64,000 nt of DNA from Octopus sinensis (GCF_006345805.1 NC_042999.1:156426001-156490000), one strand, 5' to 3'; counted from the stretch's first letter, positions 24,091-37,623 are shown. Notes: generated by a model from the sequence alone, not told the origin. Numbers and translations are program-made.

Positions 24091-25899
24091 TTCAAAAGTT
24101 TAGCATTTAAGTATATATGCACGTGTCTAGACATGCAACTACATTCTTGAGAATACATACACAAAACAAAACACAAATCTGCATCAAAACTGACTCCACT
24201 TATTGCACACATACACACAGACATGCACAAATACCATGTTGATGTTTAAAATTCCAATGAATCTAGGTTAGGAGTGGTCTTATCTCAATTATCAAAAAAT
24301 CTAGACATAAAACTGAATACAATACAATTTAAAAGAGATTTACATGAACACACCAGCACTTTAATATTGTATAGAGACATTGTACGAGAGTAAAAAAAAG
24401 ACAAAGATAAGAGATATGCGACAAAATTATCTCTCTGCTCAGTAGGTCAGGGAAACGTAATTTAAATCCTGTATACATATTTTCTGATCTTCATGTCGTC
24501 TCGTCTACGAGACAGATATATCGGCAGCCCAGTGCGATTAAACAAGCTGTTAAATATCTCGGCGTAAGATAGCAGTTTTACTATGTCAATGACCTACTTA
24601 AATAACAAACTAACCACAAAGGTCGCTGTACATACAAGGGCAGAAGATAAGATTTTAACGATATCTCTGAAATCTCTAAAAGAGTCTCTTTAGTATTTTA
24701 CACTCATACGGTTTACCTTGGTCTTCTACATTATTACAAAATACTCCTCCCTAAAATCCTGCATCATATCATTCATCACATAGTTCATAACTCATGAGGT
24801 GCATGCAGAACAGCGAGAATCTACATTTATAGAGAGCGAAAACAAGCTTTTTCTAAGTAAACAACCCTTGAATTGTATTTTTTTTAAATCTACAAGTCCG
24901 TCTACGAGTGCTTGTGAATCAGCGATCGGGTTTACAAGTGATGGTGTGTGCGAGTTTCAAGATGACAGCAATGCAAATAATTTTCACATAAACAGTGCGT
25001 AGACTGCCTCTGCCAAAAACGAAAACAAGGAGACAGAGGCTTAACATCACTCGAGATAGTTTTTTAATATCACATCATATCACTTCGGCAACATCTTTTA
25101 GCTACCAAGTGCCTTCATTTTCTGGATCCTTTAATCTATAGCTTCAATCATGCGAAGACTTTCTGTTTGATGCTATGCTAAACGTCCCGTCTAATTATTT
25201 TCAGAAGTTGTTGGGTATTGTCTTGAAATTCATTTTGTCTGAGTTCTGAAAAATTACTTCTTTGTTTGAAATTTCATTATTCTATGTCTGTATAACTGTT
25301 TTTCATGCTTATCTAATTTAACATGAAAGTGAAAGTGACTTTAGGTAAATAAATTATTCTCCTCCATGTTTCTGTTTAAGTCGGTCAACCCAGCTAACCT
25401 TGAGTCACCCGAAACAGCAATACACTAAGAGCGCTTATTCGTGAGTTCACCTAATTTCATAATATCATTACTTTCGCTATTGTGCATACATTTTATCTAC
25501 TCATTTCCCTCTTCACTGTTCAGTAGGTGTTCTCTAAGTGATAAGATGCAACATAGAGAGGCCTCTGGACTGAACTTATGCATGTGCCTCAAGAACTTCG
25601 TTTAACATAGTTTCTGTCGGTATTACTGTTGATGCAGAAGTAACCAGTAGCTATTAGTATCTATCAGATCCTTGTTGTCCAAGTTATGAAATTCTTCAAA
25701 TATCCAATCTAGTATCCAAAGTGTTGGTGCCAGCTGTGGAACTGAGAAAGCACTGTGCGATACAGTTAAATGCAGGCAGTTCTGACTTACGTAGCTTCTG
25801 AAAACTTCTAAAGTATTCTTTTGTCTTAGTGATATCATGCAACACTCAAAAGCAAGCTTTACTCACAACACCAACGCATGTAATATTCCCAATAATTCA

Positions 25900-26116
25900 A
25901 GATATTTGTGACGTCCATCATAGGAGATAGAGGTGATAGACAGAGAATTGATATTTCCTTTTCTGGTCGAAATCTTTCCTCGTTTTACAATCAAGTATGT
26001 GCCATTATCTTGATCAAACTCCATTTATATGTCCCATTTATATCGTTGTTTAAAATTTTTGGTTGATCCTATGTATATGGCTGTAGAGTTGTGTAATAGA
26101 TTAAGGACAGTGCATT
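25900..26116 (-). mobile_element. Penelope-like element remnant, GIY-YIG part (left of the Gypsy insertion)
   Basis: Reverse strand encodes CTVLNLLHNSTAIYIGSTKNFKQRY and continues across the Gypsy TSD from 31980-32700. Confidence 0.7.
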
Positions 26117-29100
26117 TGTAGTGGATGCGTGGATGTATTAATAAATACATAAGTGCTTTGTAATAAATTAAAGATTTATTATCACTACATCAATTTGTAA
26201 GCAATGTTACACATCGCTTGTACAAAATGCATATTAAATAGTGGTTGCAAATAATACATATTAAAGGAATGCATAATACAGGATACACATTAAAGCAGAA
26301 TATGTTTGATGGTGTGTGTGTGTGTGTGTGTGTGTAAATCATGCAGTACAGAGTCACCTTTCTGAATATTCTTTCGTCGTCCTCATAAATGCGTGGCGTT
26401 CTCTTAAACGTTGGTTCGGGTTCTCTCTAGATACCTATTTCTCCGTTCTATTTATAACATCTCAAATAGCCAGAAAAATAGATATACCGCAAGAGTGTTA
26501 TTGCGTACAGTAGGTCGCTGGTCGTCCTGTTAAACTTCGCCTGACCTGCTCGGGTCAGAGGTCGAAGGGAGACGATCCATCATTTTTTGTCAGAACAAAG
26601 AGATTCTGATTTCGCGCCTTTTTGTGCATTGGTATTTTACGACCAATGATTCTTGGGTCTGATTTCGAATCCAAGCTTTGAGAAGGAAGTGCTAATTCTT
26701 ACACACCCCCCTTCTAGTGAGAAAGCCACAGAGATCGAACGATATTGGAAATGTATTATTATTATTTTTTTATTATTTTTTTTTTTTTTGATTGTGTGCA
26801 TGTAGAAAAAAAATTTTTTTTACACATTGAACGATAAAAATATGGATGAAAGGTTTACAATTTGTATGTGCTATATGGTGGGCAATATGTATATGTGCCC
26901 AGGCAGAATTATGTTGGCGCGTTGAAAGAGATGTGCGTCTATTGATTACTCGACCTACTAGAGGTCTAATAGAGACAAGGTATCTTTCAGTGGCGAAAAA
27001 AAAATCGAGTGATAGCACGCATGAGAACAAGATTTGTAAATGTGTGTGGATATACAGTTAGCAAAAAATATATTTATGAGAAAGCAAACATTTTGAAGAG
27101 AAAACAAAAAATATGTACATGCAAAAATGAAAGAAATGTTCATCGGCAAAGTTCGATTTTGAAATGTTCCGTAAAAGTTCATACAGACAGTTTTTGTTTT
27201 CATTTTTTTTCTTTACGTACACAAATGTTCTTTGATTTCTCTGGGTGGGTGATGCAGTTATGTGTTCATTAGGAAGAGGGATACGTTAGGAGTTCAGAAC
27301 TTACCCGAAAAACTTGCACAAACCTTGCTGGCCATCGAACTGTTCTTCCTGATTTGGTGTGTCGGGGTTGTGCAGCATCTGTGGTGTTCGCTGGAGTTGC
27401 CGAGTCTGTTTGAGGAAAAGAGGGGACTGAATGTAAGTCCTCCTCGATGAAAGCTTTTTTAAAAACGATCAATCGAGACCGTATTTCGTTTACCTCCAAT
27501 ATCGAGGACGAATACTTGGTTCTCTTTTGATGACCTTGTAGGCCCGGAATATGGTGGTCGAAGTTGAGAGGGTATCCCATCATTCCTCACGAAGACATGA
27601 GTCCATGTGTTGATATCTTTTGGGACACGTGAAACGACGTTCTGTTGTCTAGGCCTGAGGGTGATACTTGCGACATGGATGTTCGTAATCGGTGCACATA
27701 TTGTTGTGGGTCAGGGAAGTTTTGTGAAACAGGTTCGATCATCTGCCAGGTAAGGTGAGTGTTGTGCCATAAACGAGTTCGCCGGAGTATATCCCAGTTC
27801 TTCCTTAATCGTGGATCGAATTCCAGGAGGATAGAGGGAGATGTTCCAACCAGTGAGAACTGTCTGGAGCTGCTTTTATAGATGCCTTGAGTTGGCGGTG
27901 AAAGCGTTCCACCATGCCATTTGCTGCAGGGTGGTAAGCTGTAGTGCGGGTGTGTTTACACCCGAGGAGACGAGTCAGCTCGGTGAAAAGGTGGGAATCG
28001 AACTGACGTCCTCTGTCGGTGGTAATTGTTGCGGGTGTGCCAAAACACGAAACCCATTGTGATATCAGCGTTTTAGCGACCGTTTCTGCTGATATATCAG
28101 ATAAGGGCCAGGCTTCGGGCCATCGCGAGAACCTATCTACGCAAGTTAGCAAATATGAATAGTTCTGCGAAGGTGGCAGGGGTCCAACGATATCAATGTG
28201 AACGTGCTGAAATCGTGCATCGGGCTGCGAAAATGAACCGATTGGTGATTTTATGTGCCGGTGGATTTTCGCTTTTTGGCACGCAACACAGCACTTGGTC
28301 CATTCTCTGATATCCTTGTTGATACTGGTCCACACAAAACGGGTCGATATTAGCTTTTGAGTGGAGCGAATACCAGGATGTGACAGAGAATGTAGAGCGG
28401 AGAAAACTTCTCGACGATATTTCTGTGGTACATAAGGGCGTTGGTAACCAGTGGAAATATCACACCAAATATGGGCTGTGGATGATGTAGTGGAACATGC
28501 TGAAATTTCAGAGATGACGAATTCCGGAGCTTTAGAAGTTCTTCGTCATTCTCCTGGTCAGCTGCTATACTTGCCAGATCAATTGTAGACGTGGTGTGGA
28601 TAGCATTGATCTGCGCACGTGAAAGTGCATCGGCTGCCACGTTGGTCGTCCCTTTGATGTGGCGATATCCGTCGTGTACTGCGATATGAAGTCGAGGTGA
28701 CGAATTTCTCTCGGCGAATGGCGATCCGGTTTGGTGTTAAATGCGTATACTAATGGCTGTGGTCGGTATATATGGCAAATTGGTACCTTCTAGCATATGA
28801 CGGAAATGCTTAACGGCCAGGTATGCCGCCAATAATTCCCGACTGAATGTGCTGTATTTGGTTTCCGCGGGTTTTAACCGCTTAGAAAAAGAAAGACAAC
28901 GGTTGCCATATACCGTCAACAAGCTGTTGTAGCACACCTCCGATTCCGGAATCGGATGCATCAACGAGTAAACATCGTGGGGCGTCTGGTTTTGGATAAA
29001 CCAACATGGTAGCGCTAGATAACGCTTTTTTCAGGGCAGCGAAAGAAACGAGTTGATCTTCGGTCAGAGCTATATCTGCGTTTTTGCAGGTTCGCTGACG

Positions 29101-31979
29101 TAGCAAATCCGTGAGCGGTTGCGCTATTTCAGCGAGGTGGGGCACGAACCGTCGATAGAAATTCGCTAGACCGAGATATTCCCTTAATTTGCGGAGAGAT
29201 GTGGGTGGTGGAAAATCCACGATGGCCTTGACTTTCTCGGGAAGGGGACGAATTCCATTTTTATCGACTATATGCCGAGAAAATGAAGGGAAGCAACTCC
29301 GAACAAACATTTGGTAGGGTTGATAACAATTCCAAATTGACGTAGTCGTCCGAATAGCAGGTGAAGTGTTGATTATGATCTTCGTCCGAGTTACTGGCCA
29401 CGAGTATGTCGTCTATGTAGGCATAGACGAAAGGCAAACCTCTAGTCACCATGTCGATAAACCTTTGGAATGTCTGTGCCGCGTTTCGTAAACCGAAAGG
29501 CATACGCAGGAATTCAAACATTCCGAAAGGTGTAGTCACTGCTGTCTTTGAGATGTCTGCAGGTTCGACTGGGATTTGTTGTTATGCTCGCACCAGGTCG
29601 ATTTTTGAAAAGATGCGAGCTCCATGCAGCGAGCTCGAAAAGTCCTGAAGAAAAGGCACCGGATAGGCATCACTGATAGTGCTTTTATTCAGTGATCGAT
29701 AATCGCCGCAAACCCGCCAATCGATCGATGATTTTTTTGGGACGCAGTGTATCGGCGAGGACCAGTTGCTGCTGGAAACGCGGATGATTCCGAGGTCGAG
29801 CATGTGCTGGAATTCCCGCTTGACGGCCTGGAGACGATCAGGTGGTAACCTTCTGGGCCTTGCAGCAACAGGTGGACCGCTGGTTTTGATGTGGTGGGTA
29901 ACGTCGTGCTTTATCGGCTGGTTATGAAAAACTGGCCGGGCGACATCTGGATAATCATTCAGGATGGAACTGTGACGAGTCGTTGTCGTAAGCATTACAG
30001 TTGGGCTGACTGTGTCCATTCGAGCGGCTATACCGCGCACAGTAAGCTTGGTGGTGGTGTCGACAAGTCGTCTGTTCTTTATGTCTACCAGGAGACCGAA
30101 ATGATGCAGGAAATCGGCTCCTAAGATAGGGGTCGGCAGTTTAGCGACGACGAATACCCACTGAAATGTGCGGCGTAGTCCTATGTTTAATGTAGGGACT
30201 GTTCACCGTAGGTTGGAATGGGTGAATGGTTGACTGCCTGAAGACAGACTGATGTCTCTTTTCTTTTTCCAGAAGTGTTGGAGACTGGGATGATGCTGAC
30301 TTCCGCACCTGTGTCAACCAGGAAACGCGTGCCTGTTACACGATCGCAAACGAAAAACAGGCGACTGTGTGGGTGCGAACCAGGAACTTCCGTCGCGTTC
30401 AATTCCTGGCTGTGCCGTTTCCGAACTGGGTGAGGAAAACGAGCACGGTACCGTACATTTTTTTGTCCCGTGTTCCGAATGTTCGGTGGTACCAACACGT
30501 GTCATGTGAGTTTCGGGTAGCACTGGGGCTTCGAGACCGTCTGCCATCTCGTCGAGATCGGCTGGTGCTTCGACGCTGGGGACTAAACTTTAGGGCTTGT
30601 ATTTGGGCTGTGAGAATTTGTATTTGCGCAGCTTGCTGCGTCATTAATGCACGCAAATCCGAAATCTCTGAAGAACTGGTTTGTGCACGGAAAGGATTGG
30701 TACTGGGAGCGGCTGGCGTCACCGTCGATACCGTTGGATATCTGTGCGGTACTTCGGCTATTTTGTCAGCTAGCTCCGCCAGTTCTTCAAGGGATGTGTT
30801 TTCTCTGGTGGACGCGAGAACAACCTGGGTATTGGAGGGCAGACGCTGGAGAAAAAGTTGCTTGAAGATTTTTTCTGGGAGCGTCTCATCTCCGAGAAGC
30901 TGTTTCATTCTCCGAAGAAGCTGGGACGGCGTTTTGTCACCCAATTCTTCCGATATCAGAAGCTGGTGAAGTCTTTTTTGTTGGGATTCTGAGGTTCTGT
31001 TTATTAACGTGGTTTTAAAAACTTCATATGAAACAGAACCGGGTGGTGCCATGATAAGGTCGCGTATCACGTTCGTTATTTCTGGTGACAGAGAACTGAT
31101 AACGTGAGAAAGTCGAGCCGCATCGCTCGATATTCTGTGAGAGGCAAACTGTGCCTCTATATGGTGAAACCACAATGTCGGGTCGTGGGTCCAGAATGGT
31201 GGAATTTTTAACGAGATCGCCGCTTGGAATGCCATGTTGATGTTGGCCGCTGGGTTTTGTTCCGGGAGATTCATTGTTTTCGTCGGAATTTTCAGTTGCT
31301 TCGTTGCTGGTGATGTGCAAACTGTAATTCTTCGACGCGGTTGATGAAGCTGGTTCCAGGGAAGGCGCGATTCGTTTTACGGGGTCACCAAATGTAGTGG
31401 ATGCGTGGATGTATTAATAAATACATAAGTGCTTTGTAATAAATTAAAGATTTATTATCACTACATCAATTTGTAAGCAATGTTACACATCGCTTGTACA
31501 AAATGCATATTAAATAGTGGTTGCAAATAATACATATTAAAGGAATGCATAATACAGGATACACATTAAAGCAGAATATGTTTGATGGTGTGTGTGTGTG
31601 TGTGTGTGTGTAAATCATGCAGTACAGAGTCACCTTTCTGAATATTCTTTCGTCGTCCTCATAAATGCGTGGCGTTCTCTTAAACGTTGGTTCGGGTTCT
31701 CTCTAGATACCTATTTCTCCGTTCTATTTATAACATCTCAAATAGCCAGAAAAATAGATATACCGCAAGAGTGTTATTGCGTACAGTAGGTCGCTGGTCG
31801 TCCTGTTAAACTTCGCCTGACCTGCTCGGGTCAGAGGTCGAAGGGAGACGATCCATCATTTTTTGTCAGAACAAAGAGATTCTGATTTCGCGCCTTTTTG
31901 TGCATTGGTATTTTACGACCAATGATTCTTGGGTCTGATTTCGAATCCAAGCTTTGAGAAGGAAGTGCTAATTCTTACA
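26117..31979 (-). mobile_element. Full-length Ty3/Gypsy LTR retrotransposon, CsRn1-like
   Basis: 587-bp LTRs (26117-26703 and 31393-31979) with TGTA...TACA ends and 4-bp TSD CATT. PBS TGGTGACCCCG (complementary to the tRNA-Trp 3' end) and PPT AGAAGGGGGG. Gag (PPFW...WF...EAQF, CHCC motif), protease LVDTGAEVS, RT, RNase H and integrase ([18 protein letters not shown]) in fragmented frames. Confidence 0.96.
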
Positions 31980-32700
31980 CATTTGTAATTACCTTATATC
32001 TTCTGCAATGGATTTGTAACGCGCAGGCGGTTCCAGGACAGCAATTGCAATTAGGTGAATTTTGGGGACTGTGTTCAGGAATAGAGGAAGTAATATCGTC
32101 AGAGGAGAGGTTAAAGAAGGGGTTAGAAGATTCTATATTATTAGTATTATTAACGTTATCATTACCAACATTGCTATTATTACTATTGTCGTTATTAATT
32201 GTACTATTTGTAAGGGTGGTAGAGATCGTAGTGGTGTTTCGGGTAGTGGTAGTAGGAAGGGTTGGGTTGTGGTTGTGGTCTAATGTAAGGGTATCTTTGC
32301 TGGAGCTGTGTGTGTGTTGAGTGTTCGTATGGCTAGAATTGTAGTTATGTGAGTTTTGATAGTAAAGAGAAAGCTTTTGCTTATTAGAGGATGCTACAAT
32401 AGATTCGAAATTGGATGAGGTAGAATAAGATAGTTTCAGGGTGGATCGATTAAAGATAGAATGATATTTATGTTTTCGAGGGAAGTTAGTCTAGAATTTT
32501 AAAGAAGGATTTAGCTAAGTTCTTAACGTTAAGCGAGAATGGGGGTATGTACCACAGAATAGAGCGTCCGCCGCTTTTTTTAGGGGGTCTGGGAGTAGTA
32601 CTGTCTAAGTTTTTAGATAAAGGAGTGCTATCTATTTTCTTGGAGAAGATATGTGGGTGACGAGACACAGCTTGCATACTTTCTCTCAAAATGATCACTT
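31980..32700 (-). mobile_element. Penelope-like element remnant (thumb/linker and Cys-rich motif), right of the Gypsy insertion
   Basis: Reverse strand ILWYIPPFSLNV...FKILD.NFP...IFNRSTLKLSYS...CNCCPGTACALQIHC aligns by eye with the PLE at 61305-63504. Confidence 0.72.
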
Positions 32701-32727
32701 ACTTTCTCCATTCAGTAATTTTCCACC

Positions 32728-33090
32728 GGAGGCGCAATGGCCCAGTGGTTAGGGCAGCGGACTCGCGGTCGTAGGATCGCGGTTTCGATTCCCAGACCGG
32801 GCGTCGTGAGTGTTTATTGAGCGAAAACACCTAAAGCTCCACGAGGCTCCGACAGTGGTGGTCCCTGCTGTACTCTTTCTCTCACTCTTACTTCCTGTTT
32901 CTCTTGTACCTGTATTTCAAAGGGCCGGCCTTAGTCACTCTCTGTGTCACGCTGAATATCCCGAGAATTGCGTTAAGGGAACACGTGTCTGTGGAGTGCT
33001 CAGCCACTTACACGTTAATTTCACGAGCAGGCTGTTCCGTTGATCGGATCAACCGGAACCCTCGTCGTCGTAACCGACGGAGTGCTTCCA
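32728..33090 (+). mobile_element. tRNA-derived SINE
   Basis: GGAGGCGCAATGGCCCAGTGG head. Near-TSD ATTTTC(C/T)ACC. Confidence 0.9.
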
Positions 33091-34588
33091 TCCATTTTCT
33101 ACCGTTCTCTCTTCATTATCTTTCTGCATATTCATTTATTCTCTCTTTCTGTCTGTTATGTCGCACGTTCAGATGACCTCCACTAAACTTCACTCTCGAC
33201 TCTAGTCTACCTTGACGTCTAGACTTCTCCCTCTATATCTACGTATTGGGCCAGCCTACTTCATCGTCTGGGGCGTCCACACAGCACTCTCCTTCCTTCA
33301 CTTTCTGTGTAATTTTCTATTTTCTTTTCCTTTTACTTTCCTTCTAACTTGTCTCAACTTCTTTTTCTTATTTTCTGTCCTTTTTCCTTTTCACTTTTTT
33401 TTCTTCTCAAATTATTAGCAGTGTAATCATATCAAAGTTGCAACTTTAATAATGCTGAAGGATATGAGGGTTGCATTCATGTTGATAGAGTGGACACTGA
33501 GGTGGGACAAAGATAGAAGAATGTCTTTACGACTGACATCATTTTCTTAAAGATTTTGAAGTTAATCTGAGGCGCAGGAGTGGCTGTGTGGTAAGTAGCT
33601 TGCTAACCAACCACATGGTTCCGGGTTCAGTCCCACTGCCTGGCATCTTGGGCAAGTGTCTTCTGCTATAGCCCCGGGCCGACCAATGCCTTGTGAGTGG
33701 ATTTGGTAGACAGTGTCATTTACGTAAATACCTAATATATTTAAATATCCTGTGAATCATCCCTTTTCGTAAGATATGCGGTGCGATCTGAGTTATTTGT
33801 CTGCTTTATGGTGGAAGTTCAGTGTCCTTGGAGAGGATTGCCTTAATCACGTTGAATCGTTTCTCACCCTCTCGACAAATAGTTGTAAATTGAGTAGAAA
33901 CCACCATGCTTCATCACACACGCACAAAAAAAAAAAAGAGAAGAAAGAAGAAAGAAAAGTAAAGGAAAGAAAAGAAAATACCAATTGATAACATGAGTAA
34001 ATGGTGACTCGTCTGATACCAAATGACAAATAATAAAAGTTGTCAGTCTTTGGTTTAAATGGTTAACATATCTTCACGACGAGTTCAAATTTTGCCGAGG
34101 GCGACTTTGTCTTTCATCCTTTCGGCGTCGATAAAATAAGTAGCAGTTAAACACTGGGGTCGATGTAATTGACTTGCTCACCTCATCTGAAATTGCTGGC
34201 CTTGTGCCAAAAATTTGAAACCAATATTTGTTACGCTGCAATCGTTTTAGTTTCAACACGCGGTCTCAAATGAAACCACTTGCAAATTAGTTGTAAATTG
34301 AGCAGAAACCATCATGCTTCATCACACACGCACAAAAAAAAAAAAAAAAAAAGAGAAGGAAAAGGAAAGAAAAGAAAAGGAAAGAAAAGAAAAGGAAAGA
34401 AAAGAAAATACTAATTGATAACATGAATAGATAGACAACTTTGAAATGACAGTGGTGCCATTCTGCTTTTCATTTATCTTAGTTGCTGTGGAATGAATCC
34501 GAGGTTGGGGAGCATTGTAAATTGTGAGCGAGGTGTAAAAGTAGAAGGCTGATTACCTTTGCCCTGTAGCACACACACACACATACAC

Positions 34589-34641
<53 letters not shown>

Positions 34642-35120
34642 GCAGACACACATTACCGATAAGGAGAATGCTAATATTTACATGACCAGCAGTTTTGGAG
34701 GTGAGGGGATGTTAGACGCTATAAATGCAAGATATAACACTACTTGCAGCCGCAACACCAACCAATTCTTCTACAGTGAATATATTACATAATATAAATG
34801 ACATATAAATAACATATGCTGTTTAATAATCGATGTCCGAGCTGTCATTTTTATTATACAGTCACACAACAAAAAGGCAGATAAAACGAATATATATTTT
34901 GTACGTAAACAGAATATTAGGCAATTGGAGTTCTTTATGAAACAGAAAAAAACTCAGTAACAAGCATACACACCCGTTGGGAAACAGTATCGTCAACACT
35001 AACACCACTACCACAACCAACAGCGCAAACTGTTTATATCACAAATCAGCTGCCACTAGAATTTGCTACATCAACCGCAATCAGTTTTACTAATATTACA
35101 AATAGCTACACAAACACATT

Positions 35121-35316
35121 ATGGATAAGAAAGCTGTCGGAACAGTAAATGATGGACTCACTAAAGTATATGACAGAGCTGGAATATCATATTTCGTTTA
35201 TAAATATCGGGGTCACAATATGATTCCTATACCTGTAGTGGCGGAGAATTTAGGGAAATTAAATTCACTCACAATTCGAACTGATGATGTTTTAATATGC
35301 AGTTACCCAGGAACAG
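35121..35316 (+). CDS. SULT-like gene B, coding exon 1 (ends ...RTDDVLICSYPGTG)
   Basis: ATG at 35121 and phase-1 GTAATG donor. Homologous to exon 1 of genes A and C. The intron position matches the conserved SULT intron after the PSB-loop Gly. Confidence 0.9.
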
Positions 35317-35534
35317 GTAATGTTTTAAAACTAATGATTTACTTGTTTTCAGGTGCGATTGTAATTGACGGCAAACTCGTTAGCACATTTAGGTGCGATT
35401 GTTATTGAGTTGGCAAATTCATTAGCACATCGGACAAAATTTTTAGCGGCATTTCTTCCGACTTTGCGTTCTGAGATCAAATCACGCTGTTGTCACCTGT
35501 GCGTTTCAACTTCTCTGGGGCGAAGAAATAAGTA

Positions 35535-36900
35535 GGGGAGACCGGGGTTAGTTGACTACATTTTTTTACATTTTCACTGACAGAGCAATACTATTTAATG
35601 TATTCTACTGCATCTTGTATTACACGCATAAATCAACCGTAGCAGAAGATTTACAAAGCTAGAGATCTCATCTGCTCATTGTCTGGATTTATATTTTGTG
35701 CATTTTCTAAGACCACTTAAATGTGTCAACTTGCCCCAATACCGGGGCAAGTTGACACATATAATGGGGTATGTTGACACATGAATGCATTTTCTTGGAA
35801 CATACATGTTAGTGGACAGAAACACATGATATAAGCTTGTTGGTTTGATCAAGGGCCTTTATTACGGTTTCATTACCTATCATCATCAGAGTCACAATTT
35901 GGGCATGTGAATATTGTCAGACCTGGTGTGCATGCTTCGTGAGCCCAACCTTTACAATCAGAGCATTGAAGCCACACTTCCCTTCCTTTGCTGTTGGAAA
36001 AAGGCTCGCAGCACACTAAGCAATACCACTCTTCCTCATCAGAGGTATCCCTTTCTTGAATTTGAACTTTTTTCTTAACAGTTGGACCTTTTCCCTTCGT
36101 TGACCTGCCCTTACTGAGTCCCTTTCCTGTCGTTCCTTTTATCAATGTTTGTCTTCTTTTTACTTTTACTTTTTGTCTTTTCTTCTATGATTGCTCTTTT
36201 AACCGGCGAGTCACTGAGGATTTCAGAACAACGTTTCTTTCTTCCTCTGGTTGATTCTTTCCTAGGGCCTGCTTTGGGTAGTAGACAGATTTGAAAGGGT
36301 GAAAGAAAAGGCCTGGTGGCTATGTTGCTTGAAGGCCCAGGTGTTGCAGGTGCTGAAGGCCCAGGTGCTGAAAGTGCAGGATCCGCCGGTCGGTCAGTGA
36401 CATAGCTTGGTGCAAAGTCGCTGTCTGTGAAAATGTTGCGATTAAAAGAGCATATTCCTGTAGAAGAAAAGCCACTAAGAATGTTTGTCGGAGTTGCAGT
36501 CAATGGCCATGCAGTTTTGACAATACACGGGATGTCATAAATGGTCATGGTCTGGCCAGGATGGTTGATATGCCAGTCATCAATGGCAGTGTTTGTATAC
36601 TTCTTCAGTGGTCCATAGACCGCTTTGTCCAACGGCTGTAACCTGTGTGTGCAGTGAGGTGGGAAAGAAAGCATGGTGATGCCATTGTCTGATGCATAAG
36701 TCAGCCCCTCGATACTAAGGTGAGAATCGTGATTGTCCAGCAAGAGAACTTGACTGCTTTGAACATTTCACGTTCCTCACAAAGTGTTGAAGGAATTTCA
36801 CAAAATGCTCCTCACACAACCAACCAGATGGATTAGCACCTCCATCGCTGCTTGATGGTCCACTGTTTAGGAAATGTGGCCTAAAGTTCTTCCAAGGAAA
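35535..36900 (-). mobile_element. 5'-truncated pogo-like (DDE_1) transposon with C-terminal PHD finger
   Basis: LDNHDSH...FPPHCTHRLQPLD...GPLK DDE motifs. CLVC...C..C...H..C...CPNC PHD finger. TA|GGGGAGACCGGGG terminus at 35533-35547. In intron 1 of gene B. Confidence 0.85.
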
Positions 36901-37240
36901 AAAAAACAAAAAAAAAACGGTGGTATGCTGTTTCCAGCGGCATTTACACAGCATGCCAATGTGACCAGAACGTGAAGACGGACGAAATACTACTAAGCAT
37001 TTTGACGGCGTGCTAACGATTCTGCCAATTGGCCACCTTAAGAAGATAGATAAATAATAAAAGTTTTTTAAAAAGCTATCGGTGACTCAGATGTTTGAAA
37101 AGACTTCTCTAAAAGGTCTCGTTGAGAATTTTATCTCCGAATCAGTTGTGTATAAAAAAAACTATAGCGATGACTTTATGATGCTTTAGTATATTATAAG
37201 TTCAAACTGTAGGCCTTTAGCATTTCTTTATTGGTGAATA

Positions 37241-37623
37241 GTGGAGGCGCAATGGCCCAGTGGTTAGGGCAGCGGACTCGCGGTCGTAGGATCGCGGTTT
37301 CGATTCCCAAACCGGGCGTTGTGAGTGTTTATTGAGCGAAAACACCTAAAGCTCCACGAGGCTCCGGCAGGGGATGGTGGTGATCCCTGCTGTACTCTTT
37401 CACCACAACTTTCTCTCACTCTTACTTCCTGTTTCTGTTGTACCTGTATTTCAAAAGGCCGGCCTTGTCACTCTCTGTGTCACGCTGAATCTCCTCGAGA
37501 ACTACGTTAAGGGTACACGTGTCTGTGGAGTGCTCAGCCACTTACACGTTAATTTCATGAGCAGGCTGTTCCGTTGGTCGGATCAACCGGAACCCTCGTC
37601 GTCGTAACCGACGGAGTGCTTCC
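37241..37623 (+). mobile_element. tRNA-derived SINE in gene B intron 1
   Basis: Full-length. 11-bp TSD ATTGGTGAATA. Confidence 0.92.

Noticed and set aside
24270-25880. Possible LINE RT remnant
   Set aside because: Only weak, frame-broken similarity by eye, so it cannot be assigned without a profile search.
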